A stretch of DNA of 64,000 nt from a virus. This document shows positions 43,469-52,686 of this stretch, one piece after another. Every line of letters begins with the position of its first letter. The first letter of the stretch is position 1. The stretch is taken from positions 1-64,000 of IMG/VR virus record IMGVR_UViG_3300045988_107529; one strand, 5' to 3'. Both the position numbers and the translations under genes were made by a program. Below the pieces are notes generated by a model that searched no databases, was not told where the DNA came from, and was given only the letters and a program-made list of their open reading frames with translations.

Positions 43469-43573
43469 ATGACTGTATCTCAGTTAAGACAACTTGCAAG
43501 TGATAACGGCTATGCCCTGGCAGCAACTAATAAGGCTGGAATAATATCAGAGATTTTATCTCAGCAAAGGTAG
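43469..43573 (+). CDS. HeH/SAP-like mini-ORF (34 aa) or -1-frame extension of the capsid gene
   Basis: MTVSQLRQLASDNGYALAATNKAGIISEILSQQR*. The frame is open back to 43262, overlapping the capsid 3' end. Confidence 0.3.
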   Translation: MTVSQLRQLASDNGYALAATNKAGIISEILSQQR

Positions 43574-43581
43574 GTGATTAA

Positions 43582-43902
43582 ATGGACGAACAGCTTATAG
43601 AGGACTTGACAAATTATCTTGAAGATGATGAAGAAACTGCGAGGATGATTCCTCTTTCGGCAAAGAGGGCTATTCGTTCATTTAAGAAGAAAAGGAATTA
43701 TCCTTCATCTTACAGCGATGAGAAAATAAATTCCGATATGGAAAATTGCTATGATTGCATATTTGATTTGGCTCTTTTCTTTCTGGTGAAACAAGGAGCT
43801 GAATTCCAAGGATCACATTCTGAATCTTCTGTAAACAGAAATTGGAATTCCGAAACTGAAATCTATGTAAATCATGGCGTTTTTCCATATATCGGATTCT
43901 AA
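43582..43902 (+). CDS. Head-tail connector (gp6-like) protein
   Basis: 106 aa; position after the capsid; acidic N-terminus. Confidence 0.45.
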   Translation: MDEQLIEDLTNYLEDDEETARMIPLSAKRAIRSFKKKRNYPSSYSDEKINSDMENCYDCIFDLALFFLVKQGAEFQGSHSESSVNRNWNSETEIYVNHGVFPYIGF

Positions 43903-44010
43903 GATGGTGTGTGCGTGATGCGTCAATCCTCCCACGTATCGCAGGGGTGCTTCAAATTAGGTGGGTAGAAGCAATATCTTAAAAAATGGGAGTGATGGAA
44001 AGGAATAGCG

Positions 44011-44322
44011 ATGGGATGTGAGCACGAGTGTATTAACGAACACCGCTTGAAAGAATTGGAAAGCGCCGTCCATGAGATGAAAGAAAAGCATTCCAAAAGG
44101 GATGGAGTTTTTTTCGATCGTATCAATGCGCTGGAACAGAAAATTGCTTTATACAACAATGACTTGGGACACATTAAGGATACAGTTGACGAAATGAACG
44201 ACAATTTAAAATCACTCATGGAAAAGCCAGGAAAGTTACAGGACAAAATAATTGCTTATGTCATAACTGGCATAATTGGTATTGTTTTAGGCTTTGCCCT
44301 AAAAGGCATTTTCCCGGTGTAA
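44011..44322 (+). CDS. XhlA-like coiled-coil membrane protein
   Basis: 103 aa: coiled coil plus C-terminal TM IIAYVITGIIGIVLGFALKGIF. Confidence 0.45.
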   Translation: MGCEHECINEHRLKELESAVHEMKEKHSKRDGVFFDRINALEQKIALYNNDLGHIKDTVDEMNDNLKSLMEKPGKLQDKIIAYVITGIIGIVLGFALKGIFPV

Positions 44323-44353
44323 ATATTGATTCCACTACAGGGAGGACAGTGGA

Positions 44354-44593
44354 ATGGATGATTATAAAGACTTTTCGGAAGATGAAAGAATCTTCTATTT
44401 GCGTGAAGCTGGATTTGATTCCAGAGAAAAGGAGTTATTCCGATTGCGTGTTTATGAAGAAAAAACGCTTGCAGAAGCTTCAGAAATCATGGGCTACAGC
44501 ACGAGAACCGTAGACCGCATAAACAGAAAATTAAAGAAGAAAATTATGAAAGTTGCCCCGATGTATTGTCGGGGCTTTTCTTTGTATTCATAA
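44354..44593 (+). CDS. Small sigma-70 region-4-type HTH protein (79 aa)
   Basis: ..EKTLAEASEIMGYSTRTVDRINRKLKKKI. Confidence 0.55.
   Translation: MDDYKDFSEDERIFYLREAGFDSREKELFRLRVYEEKTLAEASEIMGYSTRTVDRINRKLKKKIMKVAPMYCRGFSLYS
44555..44584 (+). terminator. Rho-independent terminator overlapping the gene end
   Basis: gccccga-tgtattg-tcggggc followed by TTTTCTTT. Confidence 0.65.
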
Positions 44594-44597
44594 AATG

Positions 44598-44625
44598 TGG
44601 CGTATTTATGGCGTTATCATGGCGT
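44598..44625 (+). promoter_or_regulatory. Three TGGCGT repeats at exact 11-nt spacing upstream of the moron-like cluster
   Basis: 44598, 44609 and 44620; followed by the -10-like TATAGT (44653). Confidence 0.45.
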
Positions 44626-44683
44626 GTTAATCAACCTCTTATTATTGTAAAATATAGTTATAAAAACAAGGGAGGTTTGAGAT

Positions 44684-45181
44684 ATGCAGTATGGTAATCC
44701 GTATTTTGCGCAACCATTTCAACAAATACAGCCGTATCAAGATAGATTAGCACAATTGCAGAATAGTTATCAGCAGGCAATGCCATACGGACAGGCACAG
44801 ATTCAGCAACCAATACAACAAATGCCACAAGTACCACAAATCCCCATGTTGCAAGGACAGATGGTTGATGGCATTGATACTGTAAAGGCAAAAGATGTAG
44901 ATATGTCCGGTAATCCTGTTTATTATCCAAAAACAGATGGAACAGAAATATATAGAAAACAATTACAGGCAGATGGAAGAAGTAGAATTTTTGTTTATCG
45001 ACTTATAAATCCGGAAGAACAACAGCAACCAAAGGCAGAAGAAAAACCGATTGACATAGAAGCTATGTTTAATCAGCTTCGGAACGATGTTTGTTCTGAG
45101 ATTTCCGAAATAAAGAGTATGTTCCCGACATTTATATCGGGAACACCGGAGCCCAAGCAGAATGGAGGTAAACAGAGATGA
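44684..45181 (+). CDS. Gln/Pro-rich protein (165 aa)
   Basis: SD GGGAGG; MQYGNPYFAQPFQQIQPYQ..QQPIQQMPQVPQIPMLQGQ. Confidence 0.6.
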   Translation: MQYGNPYFAQPFQQIQPYQDRLAQLQNSYQQAMPYGQAQIQQPIQQMPQVPQIPMLQGQMVDGIDTVKAKDVDMSGNPVYYPKTDGTEIYRKQLQADGRSRIFVYRLINPEEQQQPKAEEKPIDIEAMFNQLRNDVCSEISEIKSMFPTFISGTPEPKQNGGKQR

Positions 45182-45417
45182 TGAATCCAATGCAACTTAT
45201 GCAGATGATACGTGGTGGAGGGAATCCTCAACAAGCCATAATCAATATGATGAAACAACAGTCTGGAAATAATCCTGTAATTGACAATGCAATTAACATG
45301 ATGGAAAAAGGTGATAATGCAGGAATTGAAAAACTTGCAAGAAATCTTTGTAAAGAAAGAAATATTAATCCAGACGATATACTGTCGCAGGTTAAGAACC
45401 AGTTTGGAATAAAATAA
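45178..45417 (+). CDS. Hypothetical protein (79 aa), Met/Asn/Gln-rich
   Basis: ATGA overlap. Confidence 0.55.
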   Translation: MMNPMQLMQMIRGGGNPQQAIINMMKQQSGNNPVIDNAINMMEKGDNAGIEKLARNLCKERNINPDDILSQVKNQFGIK

Positions 45418-45494
45418 ATTCGCTACAATAATTAAAAGAGCCGCGGTCTTTTGATTTTGTATAAATTACAAAAATCAATAAGGAGGTAATCGCT

Positions 45495-46295
45495 ATGATG
45501 AATGGTGGATTATCAGCAAGCGATGTCGCTGTATTAAGCGGCTCTAATAACCGTGCAGATGAAGGCTATGGCTTTGGCGGTGGCTGGGCATGGTGGATTA
45601 TAATATTGCTTATCTTTGGCTGGGGCGGTTTCGGCGGCTTTGGCGGCTGGGGTGGCAATGGTGGAAACGGTACAAATGGTGCAGGTTTCCAAGGATGGGC
45701 TACCCGTTCAGATATTAATGAGGAATTCGCCCTTAATGATATTCAGAATGGTATCAGAGGTATTCAGCAGGGTATCTGTGACAGCACATATTCTCTTAAC
45801 AATACCATGCAGAGTGGCTTTAATGGTATGAATGTCGGAATGCTTCAAGGCTTCAACGGCGTTCAGCAGGCAATCAATGCTGATACTGTAGCCGGTATGC
45901 AGAATACCAACGCATTACAGTCTCAGTTAGCAAACTGTTGCTGTGAAACAAGAGAAGCAATCCAAGGTATCAACTACAACCTTGCTACCAACACTTGTGC
46001 TCTCCAGAACACAATGAATAACAACACCAGAGACCTTCTGGAAAACCAGAACAGCAACACAAGAGCAATCCTTGACTTCCTGACTAACGATAAGATTGCA
46101 ACATTACAGGCAGAGAACTCTGATCTGAAACGTGCTGCATCCCAGGATCGCCAGTCTGCATTGCTTACAACAGAGATGTACGCACAGGCTCAGAGATTAA
46201 TCAATGCAATCAACCCGGCTCCGATTCCTGCATTCCAGGTTCCAGCTCCATATGCATACGCAGGATGTAATACATATGGTAACGGTTGTTGCTAA
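45495..46295 (+). CDS. Gly/Trp-rich membrane-anchored protein with Asn/Gln-rich repeats and Cys-rich C-terminus
   Basis: 266 aa; GFGGGWAWWIIILLIFGWGGFGGFGGWGGNGGNG; ends ..YGNGCC; SD AAGGAGG. Confidence 0.6.
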   Translation: MMNGGLSASDVAVLSGSNNRADEGYGFGGGWAWWIIILLIFGWGGFGGFGGWGGNGGNGTNGAGFQGWATRSDINEEFALNDIQNGIRGIQQGICDSTYSLNNTMQSGFNGMNVGMLQGFNGVQQAINADTVAGMQNTNALQSQLANCCCETREAIQGINYNLATNTCALQNTMNNNTRDLLENQNSNTRAILDFLTNDKIATLQAENSDLKRAASQDRQSALLTTEMYAQAQRLINAINPAPIPAFQVPAPYAYAGCNTYGNGCC

Positions 46296-46325
46296 GTAAC
46301 TCACCCTTAGAGGTTGACTAAATTC

Positions 46326-46358
46326 TAAGAGGTGGGTTGCGGCTCACCTCTTATTTTG
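46326..46358 (+). terminator. Rho-independent terminator
   Basis: taagaggtg / cacctctta followed by TTTT. Confidence 0.65.
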
Positions 46359-46374
46359 ATTGAGAGGTAGAAAT

Positions 46375-46800
46375 ATGAGTTGTAAAAATGTTTGTAAGCT
46401 CTGCAACCGTCTTGTAATAAGCCAAGCTGTTGCGTTTACAGGAGGTAATCTTGTAATCACGCTCCCAGAAGGCAGTTACAACAATGGAGAGAAATATTGT
46501 ATTGTTGTTGCACAAAGTATACCAGAAGCCACTACAATTACTGCTCCGGTAATGATTCAGATAGGAACAGGAACAACTTTGTATCCGCTAGAAAATCGTT
46601 GCTGTGCACAGATTACGGCTTGTGGAATAAGAACCAGAACGAAGTACGCAACCAGAGTAGCTACAAGTGCAACTGGCGGAGTATTCAAGATGTTAGGAAA
46701 TCCGGCTTGTAGTCCGAGCAACAACTTGAAAGCAATTAATGGTACAGCCCCAACGACAGAAGCACCTGTTACGCAGGCTGTTAGAAAGGGGGCACTGTAA
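46375..46800 (+). CDS. Cys-rich beta-rich protein (141 aa)
   Basis: MSCKNVCKLCNRLVISQAVAFTGGNLVITLPEGSY..CCAQITACGIRTRTKY. Family seen in Clostridia but unnamed from memory. Confidence 0.55.
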   Translation: MSCKNVCKLCNRLVISQAVAFTGGNLVITLPEGSYNNGEKYCIVVAQSIPEATTITAPVMIQIGTGTTLYPLENRCCAQITACGIRTRTKYATRVATSATGGVFKMLGNPACSPSNNLKAINGTAPTTEAPVTQAVRKGAL

Positions 46801-47432
46801 TGCATAAAGTTGCAATGGAAATGGGAAAATGGGCTATGGAAAAAGCCAAAACACATGGCTTTGATAATCTTAGTGCTCAAGACTGGGACGATTTGAAAGA
46901 CTGCATGGAAGCAGTAAAATGTGCGATTTGCGCTGATAAAGATTATCGTATTGTGGAAGCTATGGATGAATGCGAACAGGAAGAAAAGTATCTTGGACGC
47001 ATGGGATATGACCGTTACCGCTATTCAAATGGGCGTTTCGCTCCAAAAGGTAGGGGAACCAGAAAAGGCTATAGACCGTATCTGTATATGCAGGATGATG
47101 ACTGGATGGATGAGTATTTAAACAATCCAGAATTTGAGCGCAATATGTACCGCATGGGATATCATCCAGATCGTAGTGATATGGAAAATGATGGTATGAA
47201 TATGAATTGGAAGAAGTCCAGATACGGAGAATCTTATGATAAATACGATGAGAATCGTAGGCACTATCATGATTCCAAAGACACGGAATCTAAAAGAAAA
47301 ATGGATGATTCCATGAAGGAGTACACATCTGATATTATCCGTAATCTCACGGAAATGTGGTCTGATGCAGATGCAACGCTCAGACAGTCAATGAAAACTG
47401 ACCTGACCAGACTTGTACAGCAGATGAACTAG
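46800..47432 (+). CDS. Hypothetical charged Tyr/Arg/Asp/Met-rich protein (210 aa)
   Basis: ATG overlaps the previous stop. Confidence 0.55.
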   Translation: MHKVAMEMGKWAMEKAKTHGFDNLSAQDWDDLKDCMEAVKCAICADKDYRIVEAMDECEQEEKYLGRMGYDRYRYSNGRFAPKGRGTRKGYRPYLYMQDDDWMDEYLNNPEFERNMYRMGYHPDRSDMENDGMNMNWKKSRYGESYDKYDENRRHYHDSKDTESKRKMDDSMKEYTSDIIRNLTEMWSDADATLRQSMKTDLTRLVQQMN

Positions 47433-47447
47433 AGCAATAAATGAATT

Positions 47448-47485
47448 AAGCCCTTGTCGCAAATTAATGCGGCAGGGGCTTTTTC
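47448..47485 (+). terminator. Rho-independent terminator (13-bp stem, 2 G.U)
   Basis: aagcccttgtcgc / gcggcaggggctt followed by TTT. Confidence 0.65.
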
Positions 47486-47507
47486 GTAGAAAGGATGGTG
47501 ATAAACC

Positions 47508-47891
47508 ATGCTACGACAATTCTACATGAATGGAGATATATGGAGAGTGCAGTTTGTTCCATCACAAGATGATGTTTTAATTGACCGCACAGGAAACAGA
47601 ACACTTGGAGTATCGGATTATTCCACCCATATTATTTCGATTGCGAACAACCTACATGGAGAACTTTTGAACCGTGTATTTATCCATGAATTAGGACATT
47701 GCGTAATGTTCAGCTATGGTTTACTGTCAGAGCTTCACCGTATGGTTAAGAAACGATATTGGGTGGATGCAGAGGAATGGTGTTGCAATTTCATCTCAGA
47801 TTATTCTGGAATAATCATAGTTACATCAAAAGATATTTTGGGAAATAGTTTTTCCCTAGTCATGCCACGAACTTTTGAATTAATTGCATGA
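47508..47891 (+). CDS. Zn-metalloprotease-like protein (HExxH; ImmA/IrrE- or SprT-like)
   Basis: 127 aa; FIHELGHCVMF. Confidence 0.55.
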   Translation: MLRQFYMNGDIWRVQFVPSQDDVLIDRTGNRTLGVSDYSTHIISIANNLHGELLNRVFIHELGHCVMFSYGLLSELHRMVKKRYWVDAEEWCCNFISDYSGIIIVTSKDILGNSFSLVMPRTFELIA

Positions 47892-48095
47892 TTTTTCCTT
47901 GAATACAATCTGATATCCAATAATATCCAGAATTTCCTCTACTTCATTATAAGTAAAAGTTTCCTTCCTGAAACGATTACTAAAATTTTGAAAAGACAAA
48001 TTTGTTCCATGTCTGCGGTTTAATTCGTTATTGACTTGACTCATAGTAAACCCTTGTGCAACTATAAGCCCCTTTAATTTATATTTAAAGCTCAT
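47880..48095 (-). CDS. XRE-type HTH protein (71 aa)
   Basis: ..GFTMSQVNNELNRRHGTNLSFQNFSNRF..; convergent with the metalloprotease gene, 12-nt overlap. Confidence 0.6.
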   Translation of the reverse strand: MSFKYKLKGLIVAQGFTMSQVNNELNRRHGTNLSFQNFSNRFRKETFTYNEVEEILDIIGYQIVFKEKSCN

Positions 48096-48238
48096 TGTTT
48101 AATGCTCCTTTATTTATAAATAAATTATATCATTTTAATCGTAAACTGTAAAGTTTAAATATATGTTGAAAAATATAACAAATAAATGTATAATTAAATT
48201 ATAAGATTTAATTCATGTGATTAACGGAGGCAATGAAA

Positions 48239-49066
48239 ATGAATTTAGAAGGGCAACGTTTTGGTAAACTTGTTGTTATAAAAAAGGGAGAAACGCGTGT
48301 AACTAAAGGCGGGTGCAAGACAAGAACTTGGATATGCCGGTGCGATTGCGGAAGAGAGTTAATCATTCCCACAGGACATTTGAGATCAGGAAATACAAAA
48401 AGTTGTGGATGTTTGAGAGGAATAGATATTACAGGACAAAAATTTGGAAAGCTTACGGCAATAAAGAGAACTAAAAAAAGGGACAAAACTGGAAATATAT
48501 ATTGGTATTGCGAATGCGAATGCGGAGGAAATATCATAACGCAAGGCAGAAATCTTAGAAAAGGACTTGTTTCTTCTTGCGGTTGCGTTCAAAAAGAAAA
48601 TGCAAGAAAAATGAATTTTAAACATGGCATGTCGAGGGGAAGAATATATGAAATTTTATGTGCTATGAAATCGAGATGCTATTGTAAAAATGACGAGAAT
48701 TATAAAAGATACGGAGAAAGAGGAATTGAAATATGTGATGAATGGAGAAATGAAAATGGATTTAAAAATTTTTACGAATGGTCAATAGCAAATGGGTATC
48801 AGAATAATTTAACTATTGATAGAATAGATGTAGACGGTAATTATTGCCCAGAAAATTGCCGATGGGTAACACAGAAACAGCAAATGCAAAACACAAGGAG
48901 AAACAGATACATAAATTATGAAGGAAAAATATATTCTATTTCAGAGCTTTCTGAGAAACTAAATCTGACTTATATGCAAACATGGCACAAATTTAGAAAT
49001 GTAAGTTTTGGAATGGATGAATTAAGTGAGAAAGAAAGAAGAAATCATGCAAAAGATAATAAATAA
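48239..49066 (+). CDS. Zinc-ribbon-repeat DNA-binding / homing-endonuclease-like protein
   Basis: Two G(Q)(R/K)FGKL..W.C.C.CG...SCGC repeats and TIDRIDVDGNYCPENCRWVTQKQQ. ATG 48239 has better SD spacing than 48233. Confidence 0.5.
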   Translation: MNLEGQRFGKLVVIKKGETRVTKGGCKTRTWICRCDCGRELIIPTGHLRSGNTKSCGCLRGIDITGQKFGKLTAIKRTKKRDKTGNIYWYCECECGGNIITQGRNLRKGLVSSCGCVQKENARKMNFKHGMSRGRIYEILCAMKSRCYCKNDENYKRYGERGIEICDEWRNENGFKNFYEWSIANGYQNNLTIDRIDVDGNYCPENCRWVTQKQQMQNTRRNRYINYEGKIYSISELSEKLNLTYMQTWHKFRNVSFGMDELSEKERRNHAKDNK

Positions 49067-49102
49067 ATATGTAGCCCCTGTTGGAGCAGAAAGGATGATT
49101 GC

Positions 49103-49420
49103 ATGAGAGTATTAAGATTTATTGTAAATAATCAAAGAATTTATCCAGATCCCAAGTGTGATTTCTCTGGGCTGGTAAAGGGCACGACTGGATATCTTAA
49201 AGCATTGTTTATCTTTTCTCAAGAGTGGAACGGATGTAAAATAGCTGCTTCATTTTGGAGAATGGAAAAAGAATACCCAGTAATACTAAAAAACAATCAA
49301 TGTGAAATTCCGAAGGAAGCCTTAACTTGGGATTATTTTTCTGTATCTGCGACTGGCGTAAAAGATAACGGAAAATACATTATAACTACTGGTAAAACTA
49401 AAGTATCACAGAGGGGGTAG
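49103..49420 (+). CDS. Hypothetical virion-associated protein (105 aa)
   Basis: Precedes the fibre-like gene. Confidence 0.5.
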   Translation: MRVLRFIVNNQRIYPDPKCDFSGLVKGTTGYLKALFIFSQEWNGCKIAASFWRMEKEYPVILKNNQCEIPKEALTWDYFSVSATGVKDNGKYIITTGKTKVSQRG

Positions 49421-49423
49421 AAC

Positions 49424-51622
49424 ATGGCAACAGCACTTGATTTACTTATGAGCACAAAAGAAGATGTTAATTTGCTTTCTGAAGAATCCGATATATGCAC
49501 AATTGACGCTAAGACAAGGGCTATTTTCGTGCCCTCTACAATCGTAGTTGGTGGGGTACAATCTGACAAGAATGCAGAACGTATTAAATTTTCATGTCCC
49601 AAAATTGTAGGAGATAATCTTGATTTATCCAAATTTTCAGTCAGAATTAACTTTGAAAACGTAAGCAGTGTGGATTTTAATGTTTCTATCAAAGACCAAT
49701 ACATTTGTGATGATGTAGCTGTAGATGGCGAAAATGTAACTTTTTCTTGGTTGATTGGAAGAAATGCAGCAAGGTATATGGGAACGGTACGTTTTATTGT
49801 TTGTGCTGTTAAAACGGATTCCGATTCAAATATTAGTGTTGAATGGAATACCGCAATAGCGGAAGTACCAGTGCTAGAGGGTATCGAGATTGATCAACCA
49901 CAGATAGGCGAGCAAGAAAAAGATATTATAAATCAGCTTTTGGAGCTTACTAAAAACACATCTGCGGAAGCTGTTCAAAATGTAAATTCCGCAAAAGAAC
50001 AAGCTATTAAGGACATCCAGAGTGTATCACAGCCAGACACTACATTGACTATAGAAGGTGGGCTTGCAGAAGCAAAAGCAACGGGAGACGCTATTGGTTC
50101 GCTAAAGGAAGATTTAAGTGATTACTCAGTAGACGTTATAGGTGCAGAAAACAATATTATTCCTTATCCATATAAAAGTACAATAGTATCAGAATCTATT
50201 CTCATTCAATCAAGTGGTAGAAATATCACTGCGGTAGGAACAGCAACTAGAAAGTCTACTTTTACTATATTTGGCTCATGGGGAAACACCACAGATATGT
50301 TTTGCGTTGCTGGAGAAACCTATATGGTATGCGGTATTGATATATTTACACGAATTGTATTCTTTAACGCATCAGGAAACGAAGTTTTAACGGTAATAGG
50401 AAATGGTGAACCACAAATATTTACAGTTCCACAAAGTGCGGTTGGATGTAATATGTATTGGCAAGCTAATATCAATGTTAAAACAGAGTATGATGAATCA
50501 ATAAGACCAAGAATATATAATATCAATGAAACAATTCTAAAAAAATTTGAAACTTTACACTCTACTATTACATCTGAACAAAAAACAATAACTGACACTA
50601 TCAACAGCTATGTGAAGAATAGAGTTGTCGGCAATATTGAACTTGGTACAGTAGCAAACATAGACACATCAAATAAAACTATACAGTTTGGTGCGTTATC
50701 ATATTTATGCGTTGGAAGTACAAGATATAATATTTCAAGCAAAACTTATGACCTAACAGGTTTGTTTGGTGCATTTTGTTTTTATGACCCATCAAATGAT
50801 AAATTTGTTGGTTCTTTTTCAAGCGGTTTTGTTTATATGGGTGCTATGTGGACGGATGCTTATATCACAGATTGGCACATTCCAAAAGAAAAGCTTACCA
50901 TTAACGGAATGCCATATTTGCTTGCAAATCATAAAGGGGAAAAAATAAACTGTATTGGAGATTCAATGACATTTGGAGTAAATGCATCGAAACCATATTA
51001 TTCATGGTTTAAGCAGTTTTTTAATTTCGCAACTGTAAATGTATATGGAGTAAGTGGTTCAAGTATTGCACCTAAAGTAGACACATATCCAGAATGGGAA
51101 CAAGGAATACAATCATTTTATGAAAGATATTCTGCTATGAATAATGATGCAGACTACATTACCATCTTCGGTGGAGTTAATGATTGGGTTACTGGTAGAG
51201 AATTAGGAACACTTACAGATAGAGTATCAACAACATTCTGTGGCGCATTCAGATTGATGATTGAGGGATTGATTGCAAAATACCCACATCAGAGGATTTT
51301 TGTATTTACAAGTCCTCAGAATGACTATATCAACAGACCAGCAAATATGAACGGAAGTAATCCATATTACGGCAATACAGAAGGTAAAAACAGACTTGGA
51401 TATACACAGAAACAGTATATGGACGCAATGATTTCTATATGCAAGGATTACGCAATTACTTGCTATGATATGTACAGTAATCTTATTTACGGATTAAGTG
51501 GTGTTCTTGGAGATAATCATGGAACAAGTGGCTTGTATGGCTCTGACGGACTTCACCCGAATAACGAACTTCATAAGAGAATTGCAAAGATTATGGCTGA
51601 AACTATTATTGCAAACAGTTAA
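49424..51622 (+). CDS. Fibre/receptor-binding-type protein with BppU-like N-domain and C-terminal SGNH/GDSL esterase
   Basis: 732 aa; GDS block INCIGDSMTFG; GGxND block FGGVNDW; DxxH block SDGLHPN. Confidence 0.6.
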   Translation: MATALDLLMSTKEDVNLLSEESDICTIDAKTRAIFVPSTIVVGGVQSDKNAERIKFSCPKIVGDNLDLSKFSVRINFENVSSVDFNVSIKDQYICDDVAVDGENVTFSWLIGRNAARYMGTVRFIVCAVKTDSDSNISVEWNTAIAEVPVLEGIEIDQPQIGEQEKDIINQLLELTKNTSAEAVQNVNSAKEQAIKDIQSVSQPDTTLTIEGGLAEAKATGDAIGSLKEDLSDYSVDVIGAENNIIPYPYKSTIVSESILIQSSGRNITAVGTATRKSTFTIFGSWGNTTDMFCVAGETYMVCGIDIFTRIVFFNASGNEVLTVIGNGEPQIFTVPQSAVGCNMYWQANINVKTEYDESIRPRIYNINETILKKFETLHSTITSEQKTITDTINSYVKNRVVGNIELGTVANIDTSNKTIQFGALSYLCVGSTRYNISSKTYDLTGLFGAFCFYDPSNDKFVGSFSSGFVYMGAMWTDAYITDWHIPKEKLTINGMPYLLANHKGEKINCIGDSMTFGVNASKPYYSWFKQFFNFATVNVYGVSGSSIAPKVDTYPEWEQGIQSFYERYSAMNNDADYITIFGGVNDWVTGRELGTLTDRVSTTFCGAFRLMIEGLIAKYPHQRIFVFTSPQNDYINRPANMNGSNPYYGNTEGKNRLGYTQKQYMDAMISICKDYAITCYDMYSNLIYGLSGVLGDNHGTSGLYGSDGLHPNNELHKRIAKIMAETIIANS

Positions 51623-51670
51623 CTAAAGAGGGCTTTAGTTAAGCAACCAAATTTAAGAAAGAGAGGAAAT

Positions 51671-52063
51671 ATGAGAGGATTAGTCCGTCAAAAGCAAAAA
51701 GTATATTGGTCACGAATAACAGAAAAAACAGAAGGATTAGACCGTATTAAAGTTTATGAGAAACCAGTTCTGTTCTCTTTTTCTGTATCATCTACAGCCG
51801 GAACGCCAGAAGAAATCGCAGCCGGAATAGTGCCAGATTATGATAGGTACATTACAAGCTTTAATCGAAATTTTCATCCACAGGAAGCGGACATATTTTG
51901 GGTAGACAGAATCCCACAAATAAGCGAGGATGGAAGCCTTATTTTGGACGAAAATGGAGAACCCACAGTATTGCCAGACTACACACTAAAGAAGATTTTA
52001 GACACACAAAAAGGCAATATTGCCACATACGGAATTTCTAAAAGAGGAAACGAAGATGGGTAA
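51671..52063 (+). CDS. Head-tail joining-type protein (130 aa)
   Basis: Position only. Confidence 0.4.
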   Translation: MRGLVRQKQKVYWSRITEKTEGLDRIKVYEKPVLFSFSVSSTAGTPEEIAAGIVPDYDRYITSFNRNFHPQEADIFWVDRIPQISEDGSLILDENGEPTVLPDYTLKKILDTQKGNIATYGISKRGNEDG

Positions 52064-52574
52064 GACAATAAAATGCGACTTATCCACGAAATCTATTCAA
52101 AATGCCATCAACAAATTAAAAGTTTACCAAAATGAGCTACAGAGGAAAAATGAGATTTTTGTAAAACGATTGGCTGAAATCGGGTTGGATGTTATTCAAA
52201 CGACCATGGAGTCAATCCCGGATGAAGAAAAAGGTTCTTACTATACAGAAATCATCAACGATCAAAACGGAAATATCGTCGGGGCTTCTGTTAGACTATC
52301 TGGTGAAAAAGTGTTGTTCATTGAATTTTCAGCAGGAATAACATACGGTACAAATGATTATCCTTTATCTAGTGGAAATTCTTACGGAATGGGAACATAT
52401 CCTTCCAAAAAAGAAAAATCAGACTGGGACAATCCAAACGGATGGTGGTACACAGATGAAAGTGGACGTCCGCACCATTCATATGGAAATAGAGCGTATA
52501 TGCCTATGTATCACGCAGAACAAGCCATTATTATTGCCGTTCGTAAAATTGCCAAAGAGGTGTTCTCTTCTTAA
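52056..52574 (+). CDS. HK97 gp10-like tail-component protein
   Basis: 172 aa from ATG 52056 (MGKTIKCDLSTKSIQNAINKL..). Family assignment is by pattern memory. Confidence 0.45.
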   Translation: MGKTIKCDLSTKSIQNAINKLKVYQNELQRKNEIFVKRLAEIGLDVIQTTMESIPDEEKGSYYTEIINDQNGNIVGASVRLSGEKVLFIEFSAGITYGTNDYPLSSGNSYGMGTYPSKKEKSDWDNPNGWWYTDESGRPHHSYGNRAYMPMYHAEQAIIIAVRKIAKEVFSS

Positions 52575-52604
52575 AGAAGATACCATAATATACTGAATGA
52601 TACT
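52574..52604 (+). promoter_or_regulatory. Conserved 31-nt promoter-like motif, copy 2
   Basis: AAAGAAGATACCATAATATACTGAATGATAC; starts at the stop codon of the upstream gene, like copy 1. Confidence 0.5.
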
Positions 52605-52650
52605 AAACAATTATGTTATCATTACAGTGTTAAATTGTAGCATAACATGC

Positions 52651-52686
52651 AATGCGTTCACTATAAAGGTGAGTGCATTTTTTTAT
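52651..52686 (+). terminator. Rho-independent terminator downstream of motif copy 2
   Basis: aatgcgttcac-tataaag-gtgagtgcatt (2 G.U) followed by T7. Confidence 0.7.

Noticed and set aside
45616-46712. Alternative-frame ORFs 45616..45831 and 46497..46712
   Set aside because: They are nested in better-supported genes with SD sites. They arise from Gly/Ala-codon-rich sequence.
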